Below, one piece after another: positions 26,939 to 36,249 of a DNA stretch of 64,000 nt; position 1 is the stretch's first letter; every line of letters begins with the position of its first letter. Origin of the DNA: Vicinamibacteria bacterium (GTDB taxonomy: Bacteria > Acidobacteriota > Vicinamibacteria > Fen-336); NCBI GenBank assembly GCA_041481445.1, contig JBGPBV010000020.1, positions 288 through 64,287 on the forward strand, in the 5' to 3' direction. The notes under the pieces were generated by a model that was not told the DNA's origin, searched no databases, and was given only the letters and a program-made list of their open reading frames with translations. Position numbers and translations under genes: made by a program.

Positions 26939-29086
26939 TCAGCGCCGCCAGCGGCGCAGGAAGTAGTACTCGTTGACCGGCCGGTCGTCGGTGAGCGGCG
27001 CGGCCACCCGCGCCAGGCTCGGCCAGTCGAAGGCGATCTCCTGCCGCAGCACGGCGTCGAGCTGCTCCTCCGGCGTCGGATAGGGTCCCCATTCCACGAG
27101 GTCGGCGCGGGCCGCCAGAGGCATGCGCGCCACCAGCTCCTCGACCGTCGCCCCCTGGATCGGCTGCCCGCTGGCCAGCAGGTGGACGCCCCATCCCTCC
27201 ACCGACGTGAAGCCGCGCACGTGCGGGAACACCTGGTGCAGGGCCAGCACGAAGGCGGTGGCGACGCGCGGCTCCGCCCCGGGTATCCAGGTCTGCAGGA
27301 TCCCGTCCGGGGCCAGGCGGGCCCGGATGGCCCGGTAGAACTCGCGCGAATAGAGCAGGCTCGAGCCGGCCGCCTCCACCGGGGGTGGAGGGTCGACCAC
27401 GACCACGTCGAACTGCTCGACCGTGCGGTCGAGGAACCGCCGCCCGTCGTCCACCACCACCCGCGCGTGCGGAGACGAAAGCACGTCCGCGGCGTCGGCG
27501 TGGAACTCGCCGAAGAACTTCGGCACGCTCGGCACCAGCTCCACCGCCGTCGTCTCGATGCCCCACCGGCTCATCGACCGGAAGCTCGTGCCCATGCCGA
27601 AGCAGATCACGAGCCCGCGCTGGGGCGGCCGCGGGCGCAGGGCGAGGGGGAGGTGGCACATGAACTTCGTGATCGGGGTCAGCACGGTCATGCTGATGCC
27701 GTTCACGAACAGCTGGCGGTGGCGGCCCTGGCCCGAGACGATCACGTTGGCGGTGGCGTCGCGGCGGACGTGGGCGTCCGGGAAACGCGCCTCCTCTCCG
27801 CGCGTGAGGGCCATCATGGCGGCGGCGGCGGCGGTCGCGGCCAGGAGGGGTCCCCATGCCGGCCGGCGGGCCCTCGCCATCCCGATCCCGACCAGGACGA
27901 GCGAGAGCAGGAACAGGGCCGGCCGCTCCCCCACCCAGGGCAGGAGCAGGAAGCCGCCGGCGAGCGGCCCCACGATGCTCCCCACGCCGTTGACCGCCCA
28001 GGCCGCCCCCGCCTTCCGGGCCGCGCCGCCCGACCAGAGGTCGACGAGCCAGGGGGTGACGAAGCCGAGGGCGGCGGAGAGGGGAGCCACGGCCAGGGTC
28101 ACGGCGACGATGGAGCGCAGGGGCGGCAGGATGACGGCTCCGAAGCGCAGCATGCCGGGGAGGCGCGGATCGGCGGCGACGGCCGGGAGCATGGCCACGA
28201 CGGACATGGCCAGCCAGGCGGCCGCCGGAGGCCCCTGGGGTGGGAGCCTTGCGCTCCGAGCGCGATAGACGAGCGATCCGGCCAGGGTCGCGACGAGGTA
28301 GGAGGCCAGGATGAGCGCGAAGGCGTAGACGACGTTGCCGAGGAGGGGCGCGAACTGCCGCACCCACACCACCTCCATCGCCATGCTCGCGAAGCCGGTC
28401 CCGAACAGGGCGGCCAGCGTCACCGGGTCGCCCTTGCCGGAAGGCACGGTGGCGCCCTCCGGCACGGGCGCCGCCGGCGCGCGGAGGCTCAAGGCCAGGC
28501 TCCCCGCGGCCAGCAGGCTGTTGAGCCCCGCCCCCAGGTCGAGCGTGCCCTGCAGCCCGTAGAGCTCGATGAGCGCGAAGGCGGCGGCGACGGTACCCAC
28601 GGCCGCCCCCAGCACGTTGGCCGCGTAGAGGTGCCCCACCGACGAGCGGCCGTGGCGGACGCGCGGCCCGATCGCGGCCAGGGCCAGCGGGAGGGTCGCG
28701 CCCATGGCCACGCAGAACGGAAGCAGGGCCATCGTCACCCAGAGGGCGGAGGCCAGGTGGTACGCGGCCGATCCCCAGGCTTCGCCGCCGAGCAGCGCCC
28801 GGCCGGCGACGAGGGCAGGGGGCACGACCTTCGACGACAGCGCGATCGTGAGCTCGCAGACGGCATAGAGGAGCAGCACGCGGCGCGTGCTCCGGACGCG
28901 GTCCACGACACGCCCGCCCAGCCCGTTGCCCAGCGCGAGGCCGGCCATGAAGACGGAGACGACGATGGCCACCATGGCCGCGGTGACCCCGAAGCGGGCC
29001 ATGGCCAGGCGCAGCCACACGACCTGGCACAGCAGAGCGCAGAAGCCGGACACCACGAAGAAGGCGAAGAACCACCGGTCGCGCAC
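26939..29086 (-). CDS. Fused MFS-like membrane domain / spermidine-synthase-like protein
   Basis: Duplicated TM blocks (FVVSGFCALLCQVVW...; FGTGFASMAMEVVW...), LYAANVLGAAVG, then ICFGMGTS, VELVPSV, DDGRRFL, FDVVVVD, LYSREFY. Confidence 0.85.
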   Translation of the reverse strand: MRDRWFFAFFVVSGFCALLCQVVWLRLAMARFGVTAAMVAIVVSVFMAGLALGNGLGGRVVDRVRSTRRVLLLYAVCELTIALSSKVVPPALVAGRALLGGEAWGSAAYHLASALWVTMALLPFCVAMGATLPLALAAIGPRVRHGRSSVGHLYAANVLGAAVGTVAAAFALIELYGLQGTLDLGAGLNSLLAAGSLALSLRAPAAPVPEGATVPSGKGDPVTLAALFGTGFASMAMEVVWVRQFAPLLGNVVYAFALILASYLVATLAGSLVYRARSARLPPQGPPAAAWLAMSVVAMLPAVAADPRLPGMLRFGAVILPPLRSIVAVTLAVAPLSAALGFVTPWLVDLWSGGAARKAGAAWAVNGVGSIVGPLAGGFLLLPWVGERPALFLLSLVLVGIGMARARRPAWGPLLAATAAAAAMMALTRGEEARFPDAHVRRDATANVIVSGQGRHRQLFVNGISMTVLTPITKFMCHLPLALRPRPPQRGLVICFGMGTSFRSMSRWGIETTAVELVPSVPKFFGEFHADAADVLSSPHARVVVDDGRRFLDRTVEQFDVVVVDPPPPVEAAGSSLLYSREFYRAIRARLAPDGILQTWIPGAEPRVATAFVLALHQVFPHVRGFTSVEGWGVHLLASGQPIQGATVEELVARMPLAARADLVEWGPYPTPEEQLDAVLRQEIAFDWPSLARVAAPLTDDRPVNEYYFLRRWRR

Positions 29087-29147
29087 GGGCTCCCTTCGGC
29101 CGCCGCGGGGCGGGCGGGCCGCGCAGCTTAGCGCGAGAGGCGCGTCT

Positions 29148-29176
29148 TTGTGAAGGTGACGCCGATCGTGAACAAT
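29148..29176 (+). promoter_or_regulatory. Sigma70-like promoter, probably leaderless, for ubiD
   Basis: TTGTGA-N17-AACAAT, 7 nt before ATG 29184, with no SD sequence. Confidence 0.45.
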
Positions 29177-29183
29177 CGCGGCC

Positions 29184-31013
29184 ATGGCGGACGAGACCTT
29201 CCCTGACCTGCGCGCGTTCCTCGAGGTCCTGCGGCGGCAGGGGTCCCTGGCGGTCGTGGAGGCGCCGGTGGACGCGCGCCTGGAGGCGGCGGAGGTCCAT
29301 CGGCGCGTGATCGCGGCCGGAGGGCCTGCCCTCCTCTTCACGAACGTGCGCGGGGCCTCTTTCCCCCTCGTCACCAACCTGTTCGGCACGCGCGCCCGCG
29401 CCGAGCTGGCCTTCGGGCGCCGCCCCCACCGCCTGGTCCGCCGCCTGGCCGAGCTGGCGCAGACGCTGCTGCCGCCGTCGCCGCGCGCGCTCTGGGAGGC
29501 GCGCGACGTGCTCGGGGAGGCCTGGCGGGTGGGCCGGCGGCGCCGGAGCCGCGGTCCCGTGACCGAGGTGGTGGAGACCGAGCCCCGCCTGGACCGTCTC
29601 CCCGTCCTGACCTGCTGGCCCGAGGACGGCGGGCCCTTCGTCACCCTGCCCGCGGTCTACACCGAGCACCCCGACCGCCCCGGCCACAACGTCGGCGTCT
29701 ACCGGATGCAGGTCCACGGCCCGCGCACGACCGGCATGCACTGGCAGATCGGCAAGGGGGGCGGCTTCCACTACGCGGCGGCGGAGAAAGCCGGCCGCGC
29801 CCTCCCCGTCACCGTCTTCCTCGGCGGGCCGCCCGCGCTCCTGCTCTCCGCGGTCGCTCCCCTGCCCGAGAACGTGCCCGAGCTGATGCTGGCCTCGCTG
29901 ATCGCGGGCCGGCGCCTCGACTCCTGCCCGGGGCCGGGGCCGCATCCCCTGGTGGCCAACGCGGAGTTCGCGCTCGTGGGCGAGGTGGCGCCCGGGCGGC
30001 GCCAGCCCGAAGGCCCGTTCGGCGACCACTACGGCTACTACTCGCTCCGGCACGACTACCCCGTGTTCGAGGTGCAGGCGATCGCCCATCGGCGCGACGC
30101 GATCTACCCGGCCACGGTGGTCGGCAAGCCGCGCCAGGAGGACTTCTACATCGGCGACCTCCTCCAGGAGCTGCTCTCGCCCTTGTTCCCGCTGGTCATG
30201 CCCGGCGTGGAGAGCCTCTGGAGCTACGGAGAGACGGGGTATCACTCCCTGGCCGCGGCCGTGGTCAAGGAGCGCTACGGCCGGGAGGCGATGGCCAGCG
30301 CCTTCCGCATCCTGGGCGAGGGCCAGCTCTCGCTGACGAAGTTCCTGCTCGTGACCGACCGGCCGGCCGACCTGCGCGACTTCCCGGCCACGCTCGAGCA
30401 CGTGCTCGCGCGCACCCGCCCCGAGACCGACCTGTTCGTGTTCGCGAACCTGTCGATGGACACCCTCGACTACACGGGGCCCCGCGTGAACGAGGGGTCG
30501 AAGGGCGTCTGGCTCGGCCTCGGCGATCCGGTGCGGGAGCTGCCGCGGGCCTTCGCTCCCCGCGCGCCCATGCCCGCGGACGTGACCGACGTCCGCGTGT
30601 TCTGCCCGGGTGCGCTCGTCCTGGGCGGTCCTCCGTACGCGCGCGACGCGGAGGCGGGCCCGCGCCTGGCCGCCCACCCCGCGTTCGCGGACTGGCCGCT
30701 CCTCGTCCTCACCGACGAGCCGCGGCGGGCCGCGCGCAGCTCCATCAACTTCCTCTGGACGACGTTCACGCGCTTCGAGCCCGCGGCCGACATCCACGCC
30801 GCCGGGCGCACGGTGATCCGCAACCAGGTCTCGCTGCGCCCGCCCATCCTGATCGACGCCCGCCTCAAGCCCGGCTTCCCGCGCGAGCTCCTCGCCGACG
30901 AGGCCACCGCCGCCACCGTCACCCGCCGCTGGAAGGAGTACTTCCCGGACGGCATGGAGATGGGCGACGCCTCGACCGCGAGCCTCGATCCCGCCTCCTC
31001 CAGCGGACCTTGA
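29184..31013 (+). CDS. UbiD-family decarboxylase (MqnL-like, long form)
   Basis: GGPALLFTNV, DGGPFVTLP, NVGVYRMQ, EGPFGDHYGYY, ATVVGKPRQED, DTLDY; lies beside the mqn genes. Confidence 0.9.
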   Translation: MADETFPDLRAFLEVLRRQGSLAVVEAPVDARLEAAEVHRRVIAAGGPALLFTNVRGASFPLVTNLFGTRARAELAFGRRPHRLVRRLAELAQTLLPPSPRALWEARDVLGEAWRVGRRRRSRGPVTEVVETEPRLDRLPVLTCWPEDGGPFVTLPAVYTEHPDRPGHNVGVYRMQVHGPRTTGMHWQIGKGGGFHYAAAEKAGRALPVTVFLGGPPALLLSAVAPLPENVPELMLASLIAGRRLDSCPGPGPHPLVANAEFALVGEVAPGRRQPEGPFGDHYGYYSLRHDYPVFEVQAIAHRRDAIYPATVVGKPRQEDFYIGDLLQELLSPLFPLVMPGVESLWSYGETGYHSLAAAVVKERYGREAMASAFRILGEGQLSLTKFLLVTDRPADLRDFPATLEHVLARTRPETDLFVFANLSMDTLDYTGPRVNEGSKGVWLGLGDPVRELPRAFAPRAPMPADVTDVRVFCPGALVLGGPPYARDAEAGPRLAAHPAFADWPLLVLTDEPRRAARSSINFLWTTFTRFEPAADIHAAGRTVIRNQVSLRPPILIDARLKPGFPRELLADEATAATVTRRWKEYFPDGMEMGDASTASLDPASSSGP

Positions 31014-31037
31014 CCGGCCCCTCCCTGTCCGTATAAT
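31010..31037 (+). promoter_or_regulatory. Sigma70 promoter of the M23 peptidase gene
   Basis: TTGACC-N16-TATAAT, overlapping the ubiD stop codon. Confidence 0.65.
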
Positions 31038-31130
31038 CGCGCCGGCACGGGACTTCCGGGCTCCGTACCGTCAGGTCCAATCGGGTCGCGCGACGCGGCG
31101 CGACAGGCCGCTCCGAACCGTTCGTCGGGG

Positions 31131-32432
31131 GTGAGGATGAGACCACGCTGCGCCGTCGGCGCCGGGATCCTGCTGCTGTTGCCCACCTACCTGCCCAGCC
31201 ATCTTCCCGAGCTCTCGGAATCGGTGGGGGAAGGCGCGGCCGCCGCCGAGGCCATCGCGGTGCGGACGGTCACGGCGGCGGTCGAGCAGCCCGCGCGCGT
31301 GCTCCGCGGGACGGTCGGCCGGCGCGCCACCCTGGGGACGATGCTGCGCGACACCCTGCACCCCACGGGCGTGCACCGCCTGGTCGAGGCCTCGCGCCCC
31401 GTGTACGACCTGGCCCGGATCTCCGTGGGCCATCCCTTCGGGGTGACCTTCGGGCCCGACGGCCTGCTCGCCGCGTTCACCTACGGGATCGACGAGCTGC
31501 GCACGCTGCGGGTGACCCGGCAGGGCGAGGAGTACCGGGCCGAGGTCGTGAAGCGCGAGTACGACGTCACCGTGGCCAGCGTCCGCGGCGAGATCAAGTC
31601 GAGCCTGTTCGGGGCAGTGACCGGCGCGGGCGAGGAGGACCAGCTCGCCCTCGACCTGGCCGACATCTTCATGTGGGACGTCGACTTCAACACCGAGCTG
31701 CAGAAGGGCGACTCCTTCCGGGTGGCGGTGGAGAAGCTCTCGCTCGACGGCACCTTCAGCCGCTACGGGCGCATCCTGGCCGCCGAGCTCGTGCGCGGCG
31801 ACCGCGTCTTGCGGGCCGTGCGCTTCGAGGGCCGGAACGGGCCCGGGTACTTCATGCCGGACGGCCGGCCCATGCGCAAGGCGTTCCTGCGCTCGCCCCT
31901 GCGCTTCACGCGCATCAGCTCCGGCTTCAGCCACGCCCGCCTGCATCCGATCCTGGGCGTGGTGCGGCCCCACTTCGGCGTGGACTTCGCCGCCCCCGTG
32001 GGCACGCCCGTGCGCGCCTCCGCGGACGGCGTGGTCATCGCGGCCGGCACCGACGGGGGCTACGGCAAGGTCGTGCGGCTGCGCCATGCCAACGGCTACG
32101 AGACGCTCTACGGCCACCTGTCGCGCATCGACGTGCGCGTCGGCCAGCGTCTGGAGCAGAGCACGGTCCTGGGCGCGGTCGGGATGACCGGCCTCGCCAC
32201 CGGCCCCCACCTCGATTACCGCATGATCCGGGGCGGCGCCTACGTCAACCCCCTGCGCATGCAGTCTCCTCCCGCCGATCCGATCTCGGCCGACGAGGAG
32301 GACGCGTTCCAGGCCGTCCGCGACCGCCAGCTCGCCCTCCTCGGGCCGGCCGCGGCCGGGCTCGCCGTCGCCCAGGCGGGCACGGCGCCCGCCCCGGTGG
32401 TGGCGCACACGTTCTCGGGCGCCTCTCCGTAG
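31131..32432 (+). CDS. M23-family peptidoglycan DD-endopeptidase (MepM-like)
   Basis: IFMWDVDF...LQKGDSF, FLRSPL...RISSGF, HFGVDFAAPVGTPV, YGHLS, TGPHLDY. Confidence 0.92.
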   Translation: MRMRPRCAVGAGILLLLPTYLPSHLPELSESVGEGAAAAEAIAVRTVTAAVEQPARVLRGTVGRRATLGTMLRDTLHPTGVHRLVEASRPVYDLARISVGHPFGVTFGPDGLLAAFTYGIDELRTLRVTRQGEEYRAEVVKREYDVTVASVRGEIKSSLFGAVTGAGEEDQLALDLADIFMWDVDFNTELQKGDSFRVAVEKLSLDGTFSRYGRILAAELVRGDRVLRAVRFEGRNGPGYFMPDGRPMRKAFLRSPLRFTRISSGFSHARLHPILGVVRPHFGVDFAAPVGTPVRASADGVVIAAGTDGGYGKVVRLRHANGYETLYGHLSRIDVRVGQRLEQSTVLGAVGMTGLATGPHLDYRMIRGGAYVNPLRMQSPPADPISADEEDAFQAVRDRQLALLGPAAAGLAVAQAGTAPAPVVAHTFSGASP

Positions 32433-32451
32433 ACGCGAGCCTCAGAGCGCC

Positions 32452-33519
32452 ATGCTCACCGGCAAGAACGTCCTCCGCGCCTTCCTCGTCTTCGTGCCGG
32501 TGAGCCTGTGGCTGGGCATGACCCATGCCTCGCCGACCTGGGTCTTCGTCACCTGCTGCCTGGCCATCCTGCCCCTGGCCGGGCTCATGGGCGAGGCGAC
32601 CGAGCACCTCACCCACCACACCGGTCCCGGCATCGGCGGCCTCCTCAACGCGACCTTCGGCAACGCGGCCGAGCTGATCATCGCGTTCATGGCCCTGTGG
32701 GCGGGCGAGAAGGAGATCGTCAAGGCCTCCCTCACCGGCTCCATCATCGGGAACATCCTGATGGTCCTGGGCCTGGCCATGGTCGCGGGGGGCTGGCGCC
32801 ACAAGGAGCTGCGCTTCAGCCGCATGGCCGCGGAGACGGGGAGCAGCATGATGGTGCTGGCGGTGGTGGCCCTCGTCATCCCCGCCATCTACGCCCAGGT
32901 CACCCAGCACACCCACCCCGAGCACACCGAGTCCCTCAGCTTCGACATCTCCTGGGTGTTGATCGTGACCTACGCGGCGAGCCTGATCTTCTCGCTCAAG
33001 ACCCACCAGCACCTCTTCCTCGGGGAGGGGGCGGACGACGAGAAGGAGGAGCACGGCCGCCCCTGGTCCACGGGGCGGAGCCTGGCCGTCCTCTTCGTGG
33101 CCGCCGCGTTCGTGGGCTGGGTGAGCGAGCACCTCGTGCACGCGGTGGGGGCGGCGGGCGAGGCCCTGGGCCTGCGCAAGGTCTTCATGGGGGTCGTGGT
33201 CCTGGCCGTGATCGGCAACGCGGCCGAGCACTCCACGGCCGTGCTCGTGGCCGCCAAGGGGAAGATGGACCTCGCCCTCGGCATCGCGATGGGCTCCTCC
33301 ATGCAGATCGCGCTCTTCGTCGCGCCCCTGCTCGTGATCGCGGGCCACCTCTTCGGCCATCCCCTCGGCCTCGAGTTCACGATCATGGAGGTGGTGGCGG
33401 TGTTCCTCTCCGTGGGCGCGGTGTCCCTCCTCGTGCACGACGGCAAGACCAACTGGTTCGAGGGCCTCCAGCTCCTCGCCATCTACCTGATCCTGGCCAT
33501 CGCGTTCTACTACCTCTGA
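32452..33519 (+). CDS. Ca2+/H+ antiporter (CAX family)
   Basis: GGLLNATFGNAAELII, GSIIGNIL, IGNAAEHSTA, GSSMQIALFVAP. Confidence 0.93.
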   Translation: MLTGKNVLRAFLVFVPVSLWLGMTHASPTWVFVTCCLAILPLAGLMGEATEHLTHHTGPGIGGLLNATFGNAAELIIAFMALWAGEKEIVKASLTGSIIGNILMVLGLAMVAGGWRHKELRFSRMAAETGSSMMVLAVVALVIPAIYAQVTQHTHPEHTESLSFDISWVLIVTYAASLIFSLKTHQHLFLGEGADDEKEEHGRPWSTGRSLAVLFVAAAFVGWVSEHLVHAVGAAGEALGLRKVFMGVVVLAVIGNAAEHSTAVLVAAKGKMDLALGIAMGSSMQIALFVAPLLVIAGHLFGHPLGLEFTIMEVVAVFLSVGAVSLLVHDGKTNWFEGLQLLAIYLILAIAFYYL

Positions 33520-33549
33520 GCCTTGCCGACCTGTTACACTCCAGGGGTC

Positions 33550-34167
33550 GTGCGCAAGGGCGTGGCGTTCGTCGTGGCGGGCCTGCTCGTGGCGCGCCCG
33601 GGGGCTACGGAGACGGAGGTGCGCAAGGTCGGCGACAAGGTCGACCTGCGGGCCAGCACCGCCCCCATCTCGGAGGTTCTGGACCGGCTGGCGCGCGAGA
33701 CGGGCATGAAGGTCACCTACGACGGCGCTCCCCCCCGCGCGCGCATCAACGTCACCCTCTCCGGCGTCACCCCCGTCCAGGCCGTCGTCTCCATCCTCGA
33801 GGGCCAGGGCCTCAACTACGCGTTGCGGATGGACCCGACCTCCACCAAGGTCGAGACGCTGATGCTGGTGGCGGGCGGCGGCACGGCCGGCCCCGCCGCG
33901 GCCCCTGCTCCTCCGGCGCGCGGCCAGCGCGCGATCGAGCGGGACCCGGAAGGCACGGGCGACACCGACGAGGACCCGCCGCCGGCAGAGGCCCAGCCGG
34001 CGACGGAAGAGCCGCCGCAGCGTCGCCCGGGGCTCATGCCCCAGTTCCCGGGTGGCATGCCCGCCGGTCCCGGAGGTCCCGTGATGCCCCTGACCCTGCC
34101 GACTCCGGCTCCCCCCCAGGCCGCGCCGAACGGGCCCCAGGGGACGCCGAACACGCCCCAGGACTGA
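33550..34167 (+). CDS. Exported protein with a stand-alone STN-like domain and an acidic, Pro-rich tail
   Basis: Signal-like N-terminus; VDLRASTAPISEVLDRLARETGMKVTYDG...INVTLSGVTPVQAVVSILEGQGLNY. TGTTACACT ends 9 nt before the GTG. Confidence 0.65.
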   Translation: MRKGVAFVVAGLLVARPGATETEVRKVGDKVDLRASTAPISEVLDRLARETGMKVTYDGAPPRARINVTLSGVTPVQAVVSILEGQGLNYALRMDPTSTKVETLMLVAGGGTAGPAAAPAPPARGQRAIERDPEGTGDTDEDPPPAEAQPATEEPPQRRPGLMPQFPGGMPAGPGGPVMPLTLPTPAPPQAAPNGPQGTPNTPQD

Positions 34168-34194
34168 CGCGCCCGCCTCCGCGCCCCGCCGCGC

Positions 34195-34845
34195 TCAGCG
34201 CGGCATATTGGGAGGCGCTCCACCCGGAGGCATGGTCAACGGTCCGACGGGTCCTCCGGGACCGCCGGCCCCCCCGGCCGGTCCGGGCCCCTGTTGCTTG
34301 CCCAGGCGCCGCGGCTGCCCGGCCAGGAACAGCCATTCGTTGTACTTCGTCCGGCCGTTGAAGAGGCGCAGGCTCGTGTCCGTGCTCGTGCTGGCCACGC
34401 CCGCGATGGCACCGAACGACGTGCCGCCCGCGGGTCCGAACGCGGAGGGAGGGCCGGACGGGCTCGGTCGTGGAGCGGGACCCGGGCTCGGGCGGATGCC
34501 GGGCTGGCCGCCTCCGCCCGTGGGGACCATCTCTCCCGGCCGCACGAACCGCCACTTGCCGTCCTTCGTCATCGGGTCCTTGAACTGGCGGCGCAGGAAC
34601 TTGCCCTTCACGAGCACCTCCAGCGAGGCCGGGAAGGCGTTGCCGTTCTTGCGCTGGTACTCCTCGATCGCGCGCGCGATCTGGTCCCCGCGGAAGTAGA
34701 GCTCCTGCTCGCGGTCGTCCTGCATCAGGTATTTCCAGGTGGAGACCCCCGCGCCCATGAGGATCATCATGACCGTGATCGCAGCCAGGAGGATGACGAG
34801 GGCGAAGCCGCCCTCGCGGCCGGCCGGCGGGCCGAGGGCGCTCCG
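34195..34845 (-). CDS. Non-E5 (GspK/PilX-like) prepilin with a Pro/Gly-rich insertion (start uncertain)
   Basis: REGG|FALVILLAAITVMMIL..., DREQELYFRGDQIARAIEEY, FPASLEVL, FLRRQFKDPMT, KYNEWLF. Nearest canonical starts are GTG 34956 or ATG 34770. Confidence 0.75.
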   Translation of the reverse strand, partial: RSALGPPAGREGGFALVILLAAITVMMILMGAGVSTWKYLMQDDREQELYFRGDQIARAIEEYQRKNGNAFPASLEVLVKGKFLRRQFKDPMTKDGKWRFVRPGEMVPTGGGGQPGIRPSPGPAPRPSPSGPPSAFGPAGGTSFGAIAGVASTSTDTSLRLFNGRTKYNEWLFLAGQPRRLGKQQGPGPAGGAGGPGGPVGPLTMPPGGAPPNMPR

Positions 34846-34846
34846 C

Positions 34847-35491
34847 CTACCGGGAGGCGGGCGCGTAGGCCTGCGCGCGCTGCAGGACCTTCTCGACGTA
34901 GGCGCGCGTCTCCGGATAGGGCGGCACGCCGCCGTGGCGCGCCACCGCGCCTTCACCGGCGTTGTAGGCGGCCAGGGCCCGCTTCACGTCGCCCTGGTAG
35001 CGGTCGATGAGGGCGCGGAGATGGCGCGTCCCGCCCTCGACGTTGTCCGCGGGGTCGAACGCGTCGGTGACGCCGAGGGAGCGCGCGGTGGCGGGCATGA
35101 GCTGCATCAGCCCCTGGGCGCCCTTGGGCGAGACGGCGTCGGGCCGGAAGGCCGACTCCACCGCGATCACGGCGCGCACCAGCTCGGGGTCGATCGAATG
35201 ACGGCGAGCGGCGGCCGTCACCAGCGCGGCCAGGTCCGTCGGGCCCGAGGCCACCGGCGCCGCCGCCAGCTCCTCGAGGACCTCGTCGGGCACGATGCCG
35301 CGCAGCTCCGTCTCCACCACGCCGACTTCCCCGCCGCCGGCCAGGGACATGACGACGGTCCCCGCCTCGACCCGGTGCGCGGTCACCTTCAGGGTCGCCC
35401 CGCTGCGCAGGACGGCGATGTCGGCGCGCGCGGCGGACGACGCCCCCAGCAGGAGGACGGCGGCGGCGGCGGTGAGGATGGGCAGTCTCAT
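34847..35491 (-). CDS. Lytic transglycosylase (SLT domain)
   Basis: AVIAVESAFRPDAVSPKGAQGLMQLMPAT, ALAAYNAGEGAV, ETRAYV. Confidence 0.93.
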   Translation of the reverse strand: MRLPILTAAAAVLLLGASSAARADIAVLRSGATLKVTAHRVEAGTVVMSLAGGGEVGVVETELRGIVPDEVLEELAAAPVASGPTDLAALVTAAARRHSIDPELVRAVIAVESAFRPDAVSPKGAQGLMQLMPATARSLGVTDAFDPADNVEGGTRHLRALIDRYQGDVKRALAAYNAGEGAVARHGGVPPYPETRAYVEKVLQRAQAYAPASR

Positions 35492-36249
35492 AGGACCGGG
35501 ATCGTGAGCGCCGTCGATTTTATCATGGCCGTCGCGCCGGGCGCTGAAGCGGTCACCTGGACCGATCCCTGAACGGTCCGTTTCGTGCGCATGACGTTCT
35601 CCGCCTCCCCGTTGTTGTTCGTGAAGACCGGCCCCTGGATGTCGAAGAACTCGGTGGGCTTGTCGGCGTCATCGACCTCGAAGAAGACGGGCACGTTCGC
35701 GATGCCATTGCCGCTCGCGCCGGTGACGCGCGCGAAGACGTGAGTGGAGTTCGAGGTCGTGATCCGCGGCGGGTCCGCACGCAGGCAGCACACGGTCGTG
35801 ACGTTGGCGTTGCCGACGGTCACGGTGGTGGTTTGCTGAGTGAGCCCGGTTCCCCCCGTGGACGTCGGCGGAGTCGGGCTGGCACTGGGGCTGGCGCCAC
35901 TGGACGGAAGACCCGCGCCGCCGGAGGTGGCAGTAATGAGCGCCGTCCCCGATCGGCTGTCCGACGTGAAGTTCACCTTGGCGATGCCGTTCCTGGTCTT
36001 CCCTTGCGGCTCGATGAAGCCGAGGTTGGTGAAGAACAGGACGACCGTGCCGTCCGCCACGGGAGTCCCCGCGGGCTCGAACACGACCGCCGTGATCACG
36101 GAGACACCGCCGTCGGCCGGTACAAACGTCGGGTTGGCCTGGAGGCCGATGGTCGATCCCCCGGGCGCCAGGAAGAGCGCGTCCGCGCACGAGAGGAGGG
36201 CGCCCACGAGCACCGCGCCCGCGAGCCACGACAAGTGGCGGGCGCTCAC
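35488..36249 (-). CDS. Lipoprotein with two Ig-like (Big_1/invasin-type) domains
   Basis: Lipobox LLSC; ANPTFVPADGGVSVITAVV...GTPVADGTVVLF; S/T/P linker; second domain ADPPRI...NVPVFF...TNNNGEA. Confidence 0.7.
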   Translation of the reverse strand: MSARHLSWLAGAVLVGALLSCADALFLAPGGSTIGLQANPTFVPADGGVSVITAVVFEPAGTPVADGTVVLFFTNLGFIEPQGKTRNGIAKVNFTSDSRSGTALITATSGGAGLPSSGASPSASPTPPTSTGGTGLTQQTTTVTVGNANVTTVCCLRADPPRITTSNSTHVFARVTGASGNGIANVPVFFEVDDADKPTEFFDIQGPVFTNNNGEAENVMRTKRTVQGSVQVTASAPGATAMIKSTALTIPVL

